Shown: positions 42,480 through 55,002, counted from the first letter of the stretch. The stretch: 64,000 nt of DNA from Paragordius varius (GCA_964247055.1 OZ176054.1:2232001-2296000); one strand, 5' to 3'. Made by a program: numbers and translations. The notes: generated from the letters alone by a model not told the origin.

Positions 42480-43430
42480 TGTTTTGTGTCGACGAAGTAA
42501 TTCCCGCCATAACTTACGATCTTTGCGTTGTTCTGTGGTAAGGCTACGTTGTTTCAAGTCCATTTTATTATCATTATAAGAAAAGAGTGGTCGCCCCTTC
42601 TCTTTTCATCAATATTCATGTTTTCAACGGTTATTAAAGGATGGATGGCGTTTCTTCTCGAAGTATGACCGTAGGGATGCAATCTGTTAGTTTGGATGAT
42701 ATAATCGATTTTATCGGCTTTTTAATGAAAGTTGGCTATTTTGGTTTACGAAAGCAACTTTTAAGTATTCGGCTTTCAATAGTTGAGAGTTTTGTTTAAT
42801 GCCCAAGTTTCTGAACTATAGGTAAGAGCTGGTCATATTCCTGCTTTGTAAAGATACCATTTATTATTATTGTTAACATTTTTGTTTTGTAAAAAATATT
42901 TTAACTGATTATATTTTATCCAACCTTTTTGTATCTTCTTTTAATAGCTTTTTGTAGGCTGTCCTGAGATGATATGACATCTCCTAGGAAAACAAAAGAG
43001 TCTACCAACTCGATATTATGACCTTCAATGTTAAGTAACTTAGGTGGATTTAAATTATTATTACTGTGGTTCAAACAATTTAAACATTTAAAATTTATTG
43101 CATTTGTTAACTTGCCTTTTATGTTAGAGCACTTTTTGTGTACTCCCATTTGACATGATATGAATTTAATGGAATTCGACCGTACTTGCTTCCTGCAAAT
43201 GGAGCAGGGGTATCTGGGTGTTTCACTTTTACCCGTTATCATTATTTTTTTTTGTCGGGTTTATAATCATTCCACATTGCTTGCTCTAGGCATTTTTTCC
43301 ACTTGGTATAGTTATTTACCAGTAGATCCCATGATCGTGTCATTACCACGAGGTCGTCGGCGAATAACATTTTCCAAGAGCACTCGGTTCTTATATCTTG
43401 TGTTACATTAAATAATTATGGCGGTAACGA
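42480..43430 (-). mobile_element. 5'-truncated RTE-clade LINE remnant with a PHD-like finger
   Basis: The reverse strand reads WKMLFADDLVV (RT active site), then CSICRKQVRSNSI...HKKCSNIKG...CLNC, IELVDSFVFLGDVIS and LTYSSETWAL. Frameshifted. Confidence 0.8.
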
Positions 43431-43856
43431 CCATATGTTAAGATCTAAGGAAATTTTATCGCAACTTGTTAAAATTCTGTTAAGATGATTTTTAGGATAG
43501 TTTTAATGCGCCTATGATTGAATGTGTTAGGGTAATTAATAATATATATTTATAATGGACACCCACAGATTTCACATTTATTAAGCAAGAGTTTATTTGT
43601 GCTAAAACCCTTATCACTAAAAATAATGTAACCGTAAAATTGTTTCATTTTGTGGATAAAAGATATATATATATATATTTTAAAAGAGTAGGAGTTGCAG
43701 TATATGTATTAGTGGGCTATAATTCTCGAATGCAATCTCTTAATTCAAATGATTGAATCAAATTAAAACTATTGAACTATAAAACGTTGTAAACTTTACG
43801 GTCTCTCATTTAAAAAATAATATTCTATCAAAATTTTCACATATATTGGGTTCAAG

Positions 43857-44086
43857 CAGGGGTGTCCAATACAAATGGCTTCGCGGGCCGCATTTTGAAC
43901 TCAAAAAACCCTTTGGCCGCAATCGATATATATATATATATATGGACATTTATAATTAATTTATTAAATTTTAAACATAAAACAAAAAAATTTAATTTAC
44001 TGAGTATGTTTTTGCAAATTACAAATTTCCAAATTTTTCGCGGGCCGCACATCAAGTCTGGGAGAGCCGCGTGTTAAACACCCCCG
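43857..44086. mobile_element. hAT Charlie-like MITE
   Basis: Ends CAGGGGTGTCCAA / AACACCCCCG with internal CGCGGGCCGC motifs. TSD not clean. Confidence 0.6.
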
Positions 44087-44475
44087 GGGGGTTAGAGTAT
44101 TATTAAGCACAAGATATTTAGATTTATAATTTATAAACAATCCCTTATTCGCTACTACTGGTTTAAAACGATTATAACCTTGTTATGTATGAAAAAAATA
44201 GCCGAAATTACAAAATTAGCGAAAATTTCCCACTAGATTTCATTAGTAAGTATAAGCATAAAGCTTTTGCCAATGACCTTACTAATTATGTAAAATATAA
44301 TCACAGATGTATACACAGAATAAAATATATTTTATTATCGGTTTATCATAAAAATATTAATTTGGATCTAAAATATAATGTTCTATATTATATATTTTCA
44401 CATATATTATTGAAATAAAGTTTAAACATCAATTTGGTATCACAATTTTAAACTATACACACATAAGAATTTATA

Positions 44476-44810
44476 TTATTGGATATTTTCATTATCCATT
44501 TCCTCTAGCCTTAGTATGTAATTTAGTCGTTGTTTAGCATCAGTTCTTAATAAGGTTAAATTCGATCCAATCGAGTTTTCCGGGTTTTTTAAAGAACCAT
44601 CAGATTGATCATAGAAATCTTCAATAGCCACGTATTCGTGTTTAATAGTTTTGGGTCCAACACTTACTATTCTGAATCCTGATTTATCAACCCCTAATTG
44701 GGCTCCAATGGCAGAAGTAACAATCATTTCAATGTTACCTGATCCTTTTTTCCTAGGGTAAAATCCACCAGCATTTCTGTGATAATGACCGGCAAAGATA
44801 TGGCTAACAC
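44476..44810 (-). CDS. CPPED1: CPPED1-like metallophosphoesterase, last exon
   Basis: AG acceptor at 44812-44811. Translates VSHIFAGHYHRNAGG...EMIVTSAIGAQLGVDKSGFRIV...*, containing the GHYH motif. Confidence 0.93.
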
Positions 44811-45210
44811 CTATATATATATATATATAATTATATATATAATTTATATGAAAAATGAAAGCGTGGTTTGATATTAGTTATTGTACCAAAATTTATACAT
44901 TTGTTAAACCTTAAAATCCAATAATTATTAGACATTTTTAAATTTTTAAGATATGAATGGTAACAAAATAAAGAAATAGATGCAACTATTATATATATTT
45001 GATAAATTATCATCATCTCGATTTTAATGTCTGAAATTAAAATCATAGTTAAGCAATAATTTTAACCTAAATTGACCAAAAACCGCACAATATTGCATAT
45101 TGTAGTTTTAAGTATTTATCACCCATGTTAAATTTTTTCTTTAAAAATATAAAATATAAAAAAGACTTTCGAAATTTCGCATTTAAACAAAATATATGAA
45201 TTAAGCATAC

Positions 45211-45430
45211 CATATTCATCAAAAAGTGCCAATTTTTCATCCCTAATTGCTTTTGGTAAATTGTAGGAACCTTTAGATTCCTCAAAACTGTAATAATCCA
45301 TCGGCTCATCAGGTTCTTTAAGGAAAAATGGGTAATGTTGAAATACCATCATATGTTTGGCATTTTTATTTTTGCCATCAATTAATTCTTGTTTCAACCA
45401 TGTATTTTGATCCATGCTAAAATTTTTAAC
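45211..45430 (-). CDS. CPPED1: CPPED1-like internal exon
   Basis: CCAG acceptor, GTATGC donor. Translates VKNFSMDQNTWLKQEL...VFQHYPFFL...DEYG. Confidence 0.93.
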
Positions 45431-45446
45431 CTGGTAAAAATTTTAA

Positions 45447-46658
45447 TCTATATATTTATAAAAATGGAATCTATATATTTATAAAAATGGAAAATGCTGG
45501 CTTTGTGATCTGGTACAGGAAAACCGGTAAACCCAATCAAATCCAAATACCGAAAAAATATAATCATTAATAAATGTCCCGACAATAGCTTCGCCCTTTT
45601 TTTGAAATAGGCCCCCAGTTCGGGCCCACCCCGTATGAAAAACGGGGTTTTTTTTGAAAACAGAAGTCCACAAAATCGTGTTTTTGAGACAATTTTCCGG
45701 AGAACGTGTTGGACCATTCAATTTCAAATATGATTTTTGTTTACTTATTTTCGATTGCGCGGAACATAGTCGAGTCACTTTTTTGATTTAGGCCCTCATT
45801 TTACCCGCTCCACCCGTAAAATGCCATTTTTTTCAAAAAACAAAGTCCACAAAAATAATTTTCTAAATCGATTTTTCTCCCTAGGTCTGAGACCGTAAAA
45901 ATTGAATAAAGATTCCACGTATTCCCTGTTAAAAGGCAAAAATTTTAGTCCACCGTTTATTTGATGATAGCTGCTGGGTAAGGAGCTACCCGCTAAAAAC
46001 TGATTTTTCATATAACTTTGTGATCTGTTTCCGGAAAACCGGTGAAGCCATTCAAATCCAAACATCGAAAAAATTTAATCATTAATGAATGCCCCGACAA
46101 TAGCTTCGCCCTTTTTTGGAATTAGGTCCCCAGTTTGGGCCCACCCCGTGTGAAAAATGGGTTAAGTCAATTTTTTGGAGAACGTGTTGGACCATTTAAT
46201 TTCAAATATGATTTTTGTTTACTTATTTTCGATTGGGCCGAACATAGTCGAGTCACTTTTTTGATTTAGGCCCTCTTTTTACCCGCTCCCCCCGTAAAAT
46301 GCCATTTTTTTCAAAAAACAAAGTCCACAAAAATAATTTTTTAAATCTATTTTTCGCCCTGTATGAGACCGTAAAAATTCGAGAAAGATTTTTCGCATTG
46401 CCTGTTAAAAGGCAAAAATTTTAGTCAAGCGTTTCTTTGATGATAGATGCTGAGTAAGGAGTATCTATCATATGTATAGCATGTTAAAAGATATATGGAT
46501 ATTAATACATTATTTATGGTAATCTATATATTTATAAAAATGGAAAATGCTGGCTTTGTGATCTACAAGAAAAACGGTAGACCCATTCAAATCCAAACTT
46601 CGAACCCCCAGTCCGAAGGACTTCCTCGGGCTGCGTAGCAGCACGAGATTCACGCTAG
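45447..46658 (+). mobile_element. Composite non-autonomous Helitron inside a CPPED1 intron
   Basis: 5' TC termini (TCTATATATTTATAAAAAT) at 45447, 45470 and 46523, each preceded by A. 3' end has a GC hairpin (CCGAAGGACTTCCTCGG) and then CTAG (46655-46658) followed by T. Internal units of ~515-540 bp. Same family as 63092 onward. Confidence 0.75.
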
Positions 46659-46959
46659 TATACTTGATATAAATGTTTATTGCAATTATAAGGCATTGTA
46701 AATAATTTCAATATAACCTATATAAATTTTGATGATGATTTAACTTAAATATTTTTGTGTTAAATGCTCTGATTGATCCGTAGGTCTGCCGATAAAATTT
46801 TGAAACAAATAAACAAAAAATAATACTTTTTTTAAAAAAAGTAAGCATGGGTTAAAAATTTATTTAAAATTTTATTTAATGTACGCCACAGTAACATAAG
46901 GCACAAAACTATACATAAAAATATTTTTTACCTATACATATAAATAAATTAAAACGAAT

Positions 46960-47480
46960 ATCCAAAATAATTATATTCATATTTATGTACACCTATTAAA
47001 CATTTAAATTAAATACTTAACATTTGAGAAAATTATCAATTTAAAGCAGCTATTAAACCTAAATAAAAGTATTGAGAGAAATATTATATGTGTGCAGAAA
47101 AAATTTTAAGTCATAATCTAAATTCCTAATAAATATTATATTATTAAAATTAAAAATGTATTGTATGGTTGGTTATAAACAAGATTCGAATAAAATTGGG
47201 GTATCTAGAGACCCCATACTATATTAAAGTTGAATTTTTTTAAAACTATTGAAAGAAACGGTTCGAATTTAAATTTATAGTTCTATTCTAATAAAAATTA
47301 TATAAATAAGCCAAAATATTGAGATTAAATTAAGTTTTGAAAATTTTTCCAAAATATCGTAATTTGATGCTAACGCTAAAGTTAAAGCTTATTTTTTATT
47401 TATATCACATCTAACATTGATATAAACAAAAAAGGTAATTTATTTTGCTTTATTTTTATATTTAGCTGTTGGATACATAT
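46960..47480. repeat. Fragment of the foldback family also present at 61936-63091
   Basis: 47190-47340 is a reverse-complement match to ~62680-62830. Confidence 0.55.
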
Positions 47481-47962
47481 GATGTTGAATAACTTTTTGC
47501 CCTGAGTATTATTTATTAAATAAAAAATATCAAGTTTTTTTAAATAAATCTTTTGTTGTATTTCGGAGTATCATTGTTAAATAAGTGCAATTTTGCAATG
47601 GTTTTATTTGTTCCATAATTTTGGAAATACTTTTTAAAAAGGCCGCTGGGGTCCCCAAAGACCTTAATTTAAATCGAAGGACTAAAATGAAGGTGTTGTA
47701 TCCAAGTGTTAAGTAAATCAAGAATTTATTACATTAATTGTATTGAAAGACAATAATCATAAATAATTTATTTTTATCAATAATGATTATAAAAAATTTC
47801 TAATATTTGTTTAAAAAAAATATTTTGGAATAGTCCTCTTAGCGGTATAAAGTCAAAAAAAGTTTAATTAACAGTGATTCGGCACTATGCGTTTTAAAAA
47901 TATAGGCAGTTTTAATTTTAAAAAAAGAGACCTGCATGGATAAAATATATACAATGTCATAC

Positions 47963-48192
47963 CAAACTGTCATTGAAAAAGTATTGACTATTGAGTATGA
48001 TAAATTTGACTCCTTGAATCCAAAAACTGTAGTAATCGGGTCCAAAGTCTTTGCGATACTCTTTGATTGTTGTTTCCGTAGGTATATTGCCTACATCATG
48101 GTTGCCACAAACGCACAATAATTTAATGCGAGAATCAAGATTTTTTAGTGTATTTTTTAATGAGGATATCTGTTCAGCTTTATATTGCTGGG
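47963..48192 (-). CDS. CPPED1: CPPED1-like internal exon
   Basis: Translates QQYKAEQ...VCGNHDVGN...FGPDYYSFW.GVKFIILNSQ...DSL, containing the GNHD motif. GTATGA donor at 47962. Confidence 0.93.
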
Positions 48193-48217
48193 CTAAAATA
48201 TTATATTTTACAAGTAC

Positions 48218-48424
48218 TTGGATAAGCGTTAACCATATCTCCACAGATAATAAAAAACTTTGGGAGAGGAACCATATTATTTATTATATTAATCGCATGT
48301 TTTGTTAATGCTAGTTCAGCATCCCAATTGGAATTTGATGTATCATTATAAAACGTCTGAATCATGCCAAATTGGGTATCAGCGCCTTGGATAAAATTAA
48401 ACGAAGAATTCCATTTAGTATCAT
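48218..48424 (-). CDS. CPPED1: CPPED1-like exon (first two metal-binding motifs)
   Basis: TTAG acceptor at 48426-25. Translates DTKWNSSFNFIQGADTQFGM...PKFFIICGDMVNAYP. At least one further upstream exon is required. Confidence 0.9.
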
Positions 48425-49429
48425 CTAAGAATTAAAAATATGCAACCCATGATTGTATTTTGCCCCAAAACAACCATTAATCTCCATACAACCCAATATA
48501 CTTGAATAAGGTTTGAATTCAGGACTAGCGATGAAGGGGGCAATAATGATCAAATATAATTTTTAGTTTTTAAAAAAACTTATTATTAGCATTGGGCCAA
48601 ATTTAACAGTCGATGTTTCGGGGTAGTTTTATATCTCAAGTCTTTTATTAATAGGAGATGTTTGTTAAATATTCGTCTTCGCTGGCAATGTCCAAAAAAA
48701 TTCATTGAAAAATACTTGATTCGAAATTTAAATATCTTAAAAGTAAAGTAAGCCAAATTTAAAATATGCTTTTTTACTCATGGAAGCGCAGTGTACAAAT
48801 TTTTTTAAAATATGTATTGTAAAAAATCCTTAGAAACTTATTCGTCGCAATTTATTTCCTATTTTATACGCTATTGCTACAAAGAAAAGTATATGATATT
48901 TTCGACACTTCATGACTTTTGGGGAAGTTTCCTCAAAGCGATTTAAAATTTTAACATCTAAGAAGTATTTAAGGTATTAGTCAGATTTTAAAATATTTCT
49001 TTATCTTTTATGCGCATAATAAATCTTATTTTAAATATTTTAAATTGTAAAAAATCCTGATTTAAAACTTTTTTGCCGCCATTTTTGTCTTTAAATTTTA
49101 AAAACGTTAATACAATAAGTAAATAAATGTATATTATGGTTAAAAAATGTAAATAATTTGATATAAAAAATACAATTTGCAAGCAAATTTTTGATAGTTG
49201 TAGTGCTACTGAATTCGGGACTTTAGAACTGGAAAAAATTTAAAAGATCTTTTTACCTAATACTGGAAAACATTGTTTAATTATAAATTTCTAAAAACCA
49301 GTAGTGTTTTAAGTGTGGGATATAAAAATACCACATAATGCCATTGTGTACAAAGAAATAATATTGCAATGCAGTGTTATTAATTTTTAAACAATTGTTT
49401 AACTTTTCTAAGGTGATAGAAATGTTCAT

Positions 49430-49890
49430 CATCATCGAATTATTTATATAAAAAGGTTTTTTTATCCGTTAACTGTTTTATACCGTTTCCAGCATGCAGT
49501 AGAATATTTTGAAGTAAGCTCTAACTAAATTTTGCTATCATTTATGAATACATCATCCATTATTAACAATAAACTTTTGTCAAAATTTTGCATATATTCA
49601 ATTTTCTATTGCGCGGTCACGGCATTTTTGCGTTTATTTTAGAGATAGATGAAATAATTGAGATTTTTGGAGCCCTAATTTTTTAACTAAATATTCGTTT
49701 TTATATGTTTATTATACATTGTTTTAATGAGCATTATTTTGAAAAAATATTTAACAAAATGTGCGCAATTTTTTCCATTTTCTCATATGGAGTTACCATA
49801 AAAGTGTAAATATTCTTAAATCAGTCGCAAGAGCCAAAACCAAAAGCGCGATAATAATGCCGATACATTTTTTGTAATATCATATTTCAT
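49430..49890. repeat. Single arm of the 35556-36682 foldback family
   Basis: Shares GGCATTTTTGCGTTTATTTT, GTGTAAA and CCAAAACCAAAAGC segments with the arms at 35.6-36.6 kb and 56.7-57.1 kb. Confidence 0.6.
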
Positions 49891-52469
49891 CTGGAAATTT
49901 ATTTTAGACACCGTTCTACCGACAAATCAGCATAGCTATTTGAAACGTATATATATATATATATTTATATTATTACTTATATTCTAAAATAGTAGCATGG
50001 GATTAGCGGCCCGCGGTTTGAGTACGACTGATGGTGGCTAATTTTTCTTATGGGTAATTGATTGTCGACACCAGTTTATTTCCATATTAACGGATTGTAA
50101 AATTATTTATAGAACAGAAGTAAGGCATAACTTGGATTTTATCCCATTTGCCTTTTTTTCGTAAGCTATGATATTCCAACATATAATATTTGGTTTTTTG
50201 CCAAAATTTTCATTAATTAATTAGGTAATTGTTTATTAATGTAAAAAAATCACATAAATATTTATATTTGGGGTTTTTTTAAGGGTTAACGGTGATTTTT
50301 TAAAAAATGTTACTGTTACTATCGGAATTTCATTTCAATCGGGCATGAAAAACTGTTATCATATGATCGTTTTTTACAACAATAATAACAGAAAATCCTA
50401 AAATTAGGATGATCATTCCATTTTGATTAAAAAACCACAAAAATAGCACTCAATCAAAAATAATAATTTTAACAATAAATTTTATTTTTAATAGCAAAAA
50501 CATATGGAAACCACTTATTTTGGAACTGGAACCGAGCTGGTTCCTAAGAATTTAAAAATGGAACTAAGTTTCTAAAATTTAAAAATCAGGTTGATTCCAG
50601 TCCTACGGAAGCAGTTCCTAAAAATCCCAGGAACGGGTTCCGGTTCGAAGCCCTCTTAAATATACAGTGAGCAAAGATACATGCAACTTTTTCATCAAAG
50701 GGAATTATCATGTTTTAAACTAGTATTAGTTTATAATAATAATACCTTTGCTAAATATGCTATCTAGCAATATTTAATGAAAAATAGTATTGTATCCTTA
50801 ATCATACTGTACATTACTAGTTTTCTATTATTTGCCAGATAGCACACACAGTGAAGAGGAATTAGTTTTTTATCTTTACTTCTTGTTATTCACTAATAAT
50901 AACACTAGTCGACAAATTTGGACATTTTTGAGCACCACCACTCAAACTTTTAAGTTATGACTAATTTCAGTGTTTTAAACCCAAATGTGAATAAATTTTT
51001 GATCCCGCCAATCAGAATTTTGAAATATTATAGGTTTTTCAATTTTTCAAAAACAAGAGAAAATCGAGAGAAAATTAAATAACTTTATAATAAAATGTTA
51101 TTATATTATAAACTTAATATCATTTAATAAAGCGTTTTAAACTCTATCTTTTGAATATAAATATGTCATTTAAATATCAGAGAGAAAAAAATAGTACGGA
51201 CTTAAACGTCGAAATTTAGTCTTTTTCTTTCAAGTGAATTTTTAATACGTATAAAAAAATTTTAAAAAAATACTAAAAAAGGCATTCTATGGTTTAAACC
51301 TTCGGCTTTTAGATAGGCTATATTTTTTTGTTAGTTTTCGTCCTTTCGAGTACTTATTAGGCTTTTTTTCTTGAGTTGGTTCTTACAAAAAATCCTTTAT
51401 TTATACCTAGTGGATATACTTTATTTTTTAAAATTATTGATTGTTTTGTATTTTTAATTTCAGATGGATGTTGTGTAGCCACTTTTAGTAGAATTTACTA
51501 TTATGGGATTGGACCATTTGTATTTACCTAATCTTTTTATTCAATTTAATTGTAGAATTTATCTAACTTTATTCTGTAAATTGGTTAATTTGACATGTCA
51601 ATTTGCCACGATTTTGCTTGCAAGTCTCTCTTATCGGACTGTACGATTACTTATTGTTATTTGCCATATCTGGCATAATTGGATCGCTTGGGGATATGCA
51701 GAGCTTGTGCAGCCGCCCGGATCTATCACACTATACATAAGCCCCTTTTAGATTTTTAATACTTTGGCTCTTAGATTGTTTAGTATCTTATTAAATGCCT
51801 AGAATTTTGTTATTCATGCATGGAATATAACTTGTATCGACTTGTTCGTTTGAAATTTAAACATATGTACACGAGGAATGATTGTTATTTTTAAATTAAA
51901 TCCAAATTTAAAAATTAAATTTCGGAAAAATCCTATTGGTGGCCTCAATTTTCTTTTTTGTTTTGGCCTTTCCATGCCATTAGGTATCGGAAAATGCAAG
52001 AATAATGGGGTGGTGCAAAACCTTGTTGAGCAGTGTAATTCTCATTCATGTCTGCCAATATTTAATACAAAATTAGCAATAACTGGTGTCGTAAAAAAAT
52101 TTACAAACGCAACCTAATCAGGGTTGAGAAAAAAACCATCTTATATCACCAGTATTATTTTAAATCAATTGAAAAATGTGATGTATTAAAATGTATAACC
52201 GCATAAAAATAATTTTTTTTGTCGCACAATTTATTGAAATTCAATTAAAAATTAATTGTAAATTTAGCCCTGAATACTTTAAAAAAATGATATAAAATTT
52301 TACTACTACGTATGTAGTATACGTAAGGTGACCAGATTTTTTGAAGGATAAAGCGGGACAAATCTGAGAAGGGGGGGGGGGGGTCATTGGGGGGTACAAC
52401 CAAAAATTTTTATACAAAAAATTTATTGTAATATTTATTTATTTTTAACACAAATACATTATAAATATA

Positions 52470-53297
52470 AAATGTACCTTACAGGTTGTTTGTACTCTAT
52501 TCAATAAATTTACATGTGCACGAACAAAGGGTGAGTGATTGTAATATTCTAGAAAAAAAATAATAAAGACGAAATCACAAAGTGCGCTGGGTGATGCAAG
52601 AAGCGGCACAAAAAATATTTTTAACAATTTAGCGAATAATCTTAATCGAAACATTATTGGAAGATACACAACGCTATTCAAACAGCTACTGATTTGTTAC
52701 CCCTGGATGTGGAAAATATAGATGTTAAAATGCTTGGATATTGTAGAACTGTTGGTTAGCTCTTTTGCCAGCGATTGAAATATTTCTAAAAATGTGATCT
52801 CCTAGAATCCTGTTTTTTATCACAGGACAAAGGTCAAAAATCCAAGTCAAAAAAAGTTAGAAAATAATTTTATACCATTACCTAATCGCAATATTATAAA
52901 GCTCCAGAAAAACAAGGCTCAATGAATAGCCAGAATATAAAAATGTTTTATACAAACAGAAACGATTATTTGGAAGACAAGACGGTGCACAATGACACTT
53001 TTTGATGAAGTCTCATTATTCAATAAATATATTGAATGAAAACTTATATTATGGGCAACAGAAAAAAATACGTAGGATAGAAATGGTTAAAATAATCATT
53101 TTTAAACAAATTATGTTCCATACAAAATTATTTTAATTGTAGAATTTGGATTATCTTTACCTGAACCACTGCTATTGAACGCGTTTTTCCACAGTAAATT
53201 AAGTAAGGACACGGAATCAAATTTAAATATTGAATAAAAGCCATTTTGTGTGTTCAAATATAATTTGACAAATTATAAAGACTTATACAATATTTTA
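52470..53297 (+). repeat. Inverted, condensed transposase duplicate inside copy B
   Basis: Homologous to 8775-9585. AGACTTATACAATATTTT (~53280-53297) is the exact reverse complement of ~53405-53422. Confidence 0.9.
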
Positions 53298-53342
53298 CGT
53301 GATTTTGTTTATTTTTTTACACAAAAACTTTAAAGAAAATAT

Positions 53343-55002
53343 TTTATTCTTTGGTATATTTTTTGTTTGAGTGAATGCGTTTTGGCAGATTGTCATCATT
53401 TTTTAAAATATTGTATAAGTCTTCACAAGAATTTGTTAAATTATATTTGACATATAAAACGGCCTTTAAAGTTTTAACATTTAAATTTGATTTTTCCGAT
53501 GTCCACACCTGATTTACTATGGAAAAAACGCAGTAGCAGCGTTGGTTCCAGGTAAAGATAGTGCGAATTCCACAATTTTTAAAATATTATTGTATGTAAT
53601 ATAGTTGGCTTCAAAATGATGAAATATTTCCAACCATTTCTTTTCTACTGTATATTTTTCTTTGTCCATAATTTAAGTTTTTCATAATTAATATATCTTT
53701 TAACTAATGATTCTTCAGAAAAAAAGATCATTTTCTGAAAGATTACTTTTTGAGAATTTATGAGAACAGATATAATCAAATGATTTTTAAACATCGCACC
53801 AATTAAATTCTGATTTTAATGTTATCCAATGAAAATGATCAATTTCATTGAATTGCGTCGTCCAGTTTTCCAAATAATCTTTACAGTTTGTATAAAACAT
53901 TTTTATATGGTACAGGATATCTTGGCGATTTATTAAGCCTTGTTTTTCTAATTATTTATTATATTGCGGATGGTTAATGGTATAAAATTATTTTCTAACC
54001 GTTCTTGACATTGGAATTTTAGGTTACTAACGTCATTGGCTACTTCGATTGTCGAAATTTTGTCACCTTCTATAAATTTAATAACATTTTGAAAGAGAGA
54101 AGCTTGTTTATGTAAGAATTCTAACCATATTTTTGAAGAATCACTTTCAAAAAACTTTTTTAAAGTTGTAGGATATTTGTCCTGTGATAAAAAAAGATTT
54201 TAAATGATCATACATTTTTAAAATTCTTTCGATAGCTGGCATAAAAGCTAACCAACGAGTTTTACAATATCCAAGCATTTTTGATATTGAACTTCTGCAT
54301 TTTCACAGAATTCTTTAAGCGTTTCAACACTACCGTGTATATATAAAAATAGGAATATATTTTAACAACTACATTTTCCACATCTAGGGGTAACAAATCA
54401 GCAGCTGTTTAAATAGCGTTGTGTATTATATGCGCTGCACACCCAACGCCAATAATGTTTTGATTAAGATTAACTGTTAATTTATGAAAAATATTTTTTT
54501 TTCCTCTCCTTGCTTTTCCACCAAAGTTCATATTAGTGTTGTCAGCGCAATATACGATAATTTTGTATTTTAAATTATTTTTTTGCATTATTGAAGTAAA
54601 TATTATTTCGGAATTTTCACCGGGTAGGGAAATTAAATCTAATTTATTGAATAAGGTGCGAATAACCTGTAAGGTCCAGTCCATATATCTAAAGGAATGA
54701 TTGTGATTAACAGCGTGAAAAGACAACACGCCCTCAGCTAGTGCCAAATTCTTTTCTTCCTCTCCAAAAGGGGTTTTTCGAAAAATATCGCTCATTTTGT
54801 AAGATGATGCCGCCATATCTAAACATTTTTTATGTTTCTGTGTTTCCATATGCTTTGTAATATCATACTTGCCGCCATATGCTAGGGTGAATTCCCCCTC
54901 GCATTTAAGACATTTAACAAATGATTCATTCTTCGTTTTTTTAATAAAAGGAAAATCCTTCATTAATTCATCGTTGAATTTACAACCTCTTTTTGTGCTC
55001 AT
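53343..55002 (-). pseudogene. Frameshifted hAT transposase of copy B
   Basis: ORF 54409-55002 (MSTKRGCKFN...KCLKC...H..TQKH...YCADNTN...GCAAHIIHN) plus downstream fragments colinear with copy A. Confidence 0.9.

Noticed and set aside
45448-46065. Overlapping 89-99 aa ORFs on the minus strand
   Set aside because: They lie inside the tandem Helitron units, have no recognisable domain, and are explained by locally higher GC.
48540-48600. Alternative genetic code (TAA read-through) to rescue a CPPED1 leader
   Set aside because: All well-supported exons, including the 641-codon prospero exon, are free of in-frame TAA/TAG, and TAA ends three genes normally.
50510-50655. Cluster of GGAACC/GGTTCC motifs suggesting a repeat array
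   Set aside because: Irregular spacing with no spacer structure; most likely one end of a MITE. Not CRISPR-like.
51463-51530. Strong TTTCAG acceptor followed by a short open frame (GCCVATFSRIYYYGIGPFVFT*)
   Set aside because: No upstream exons or homology could be identified, and such signals arise often by chance in AT-rich DNA.
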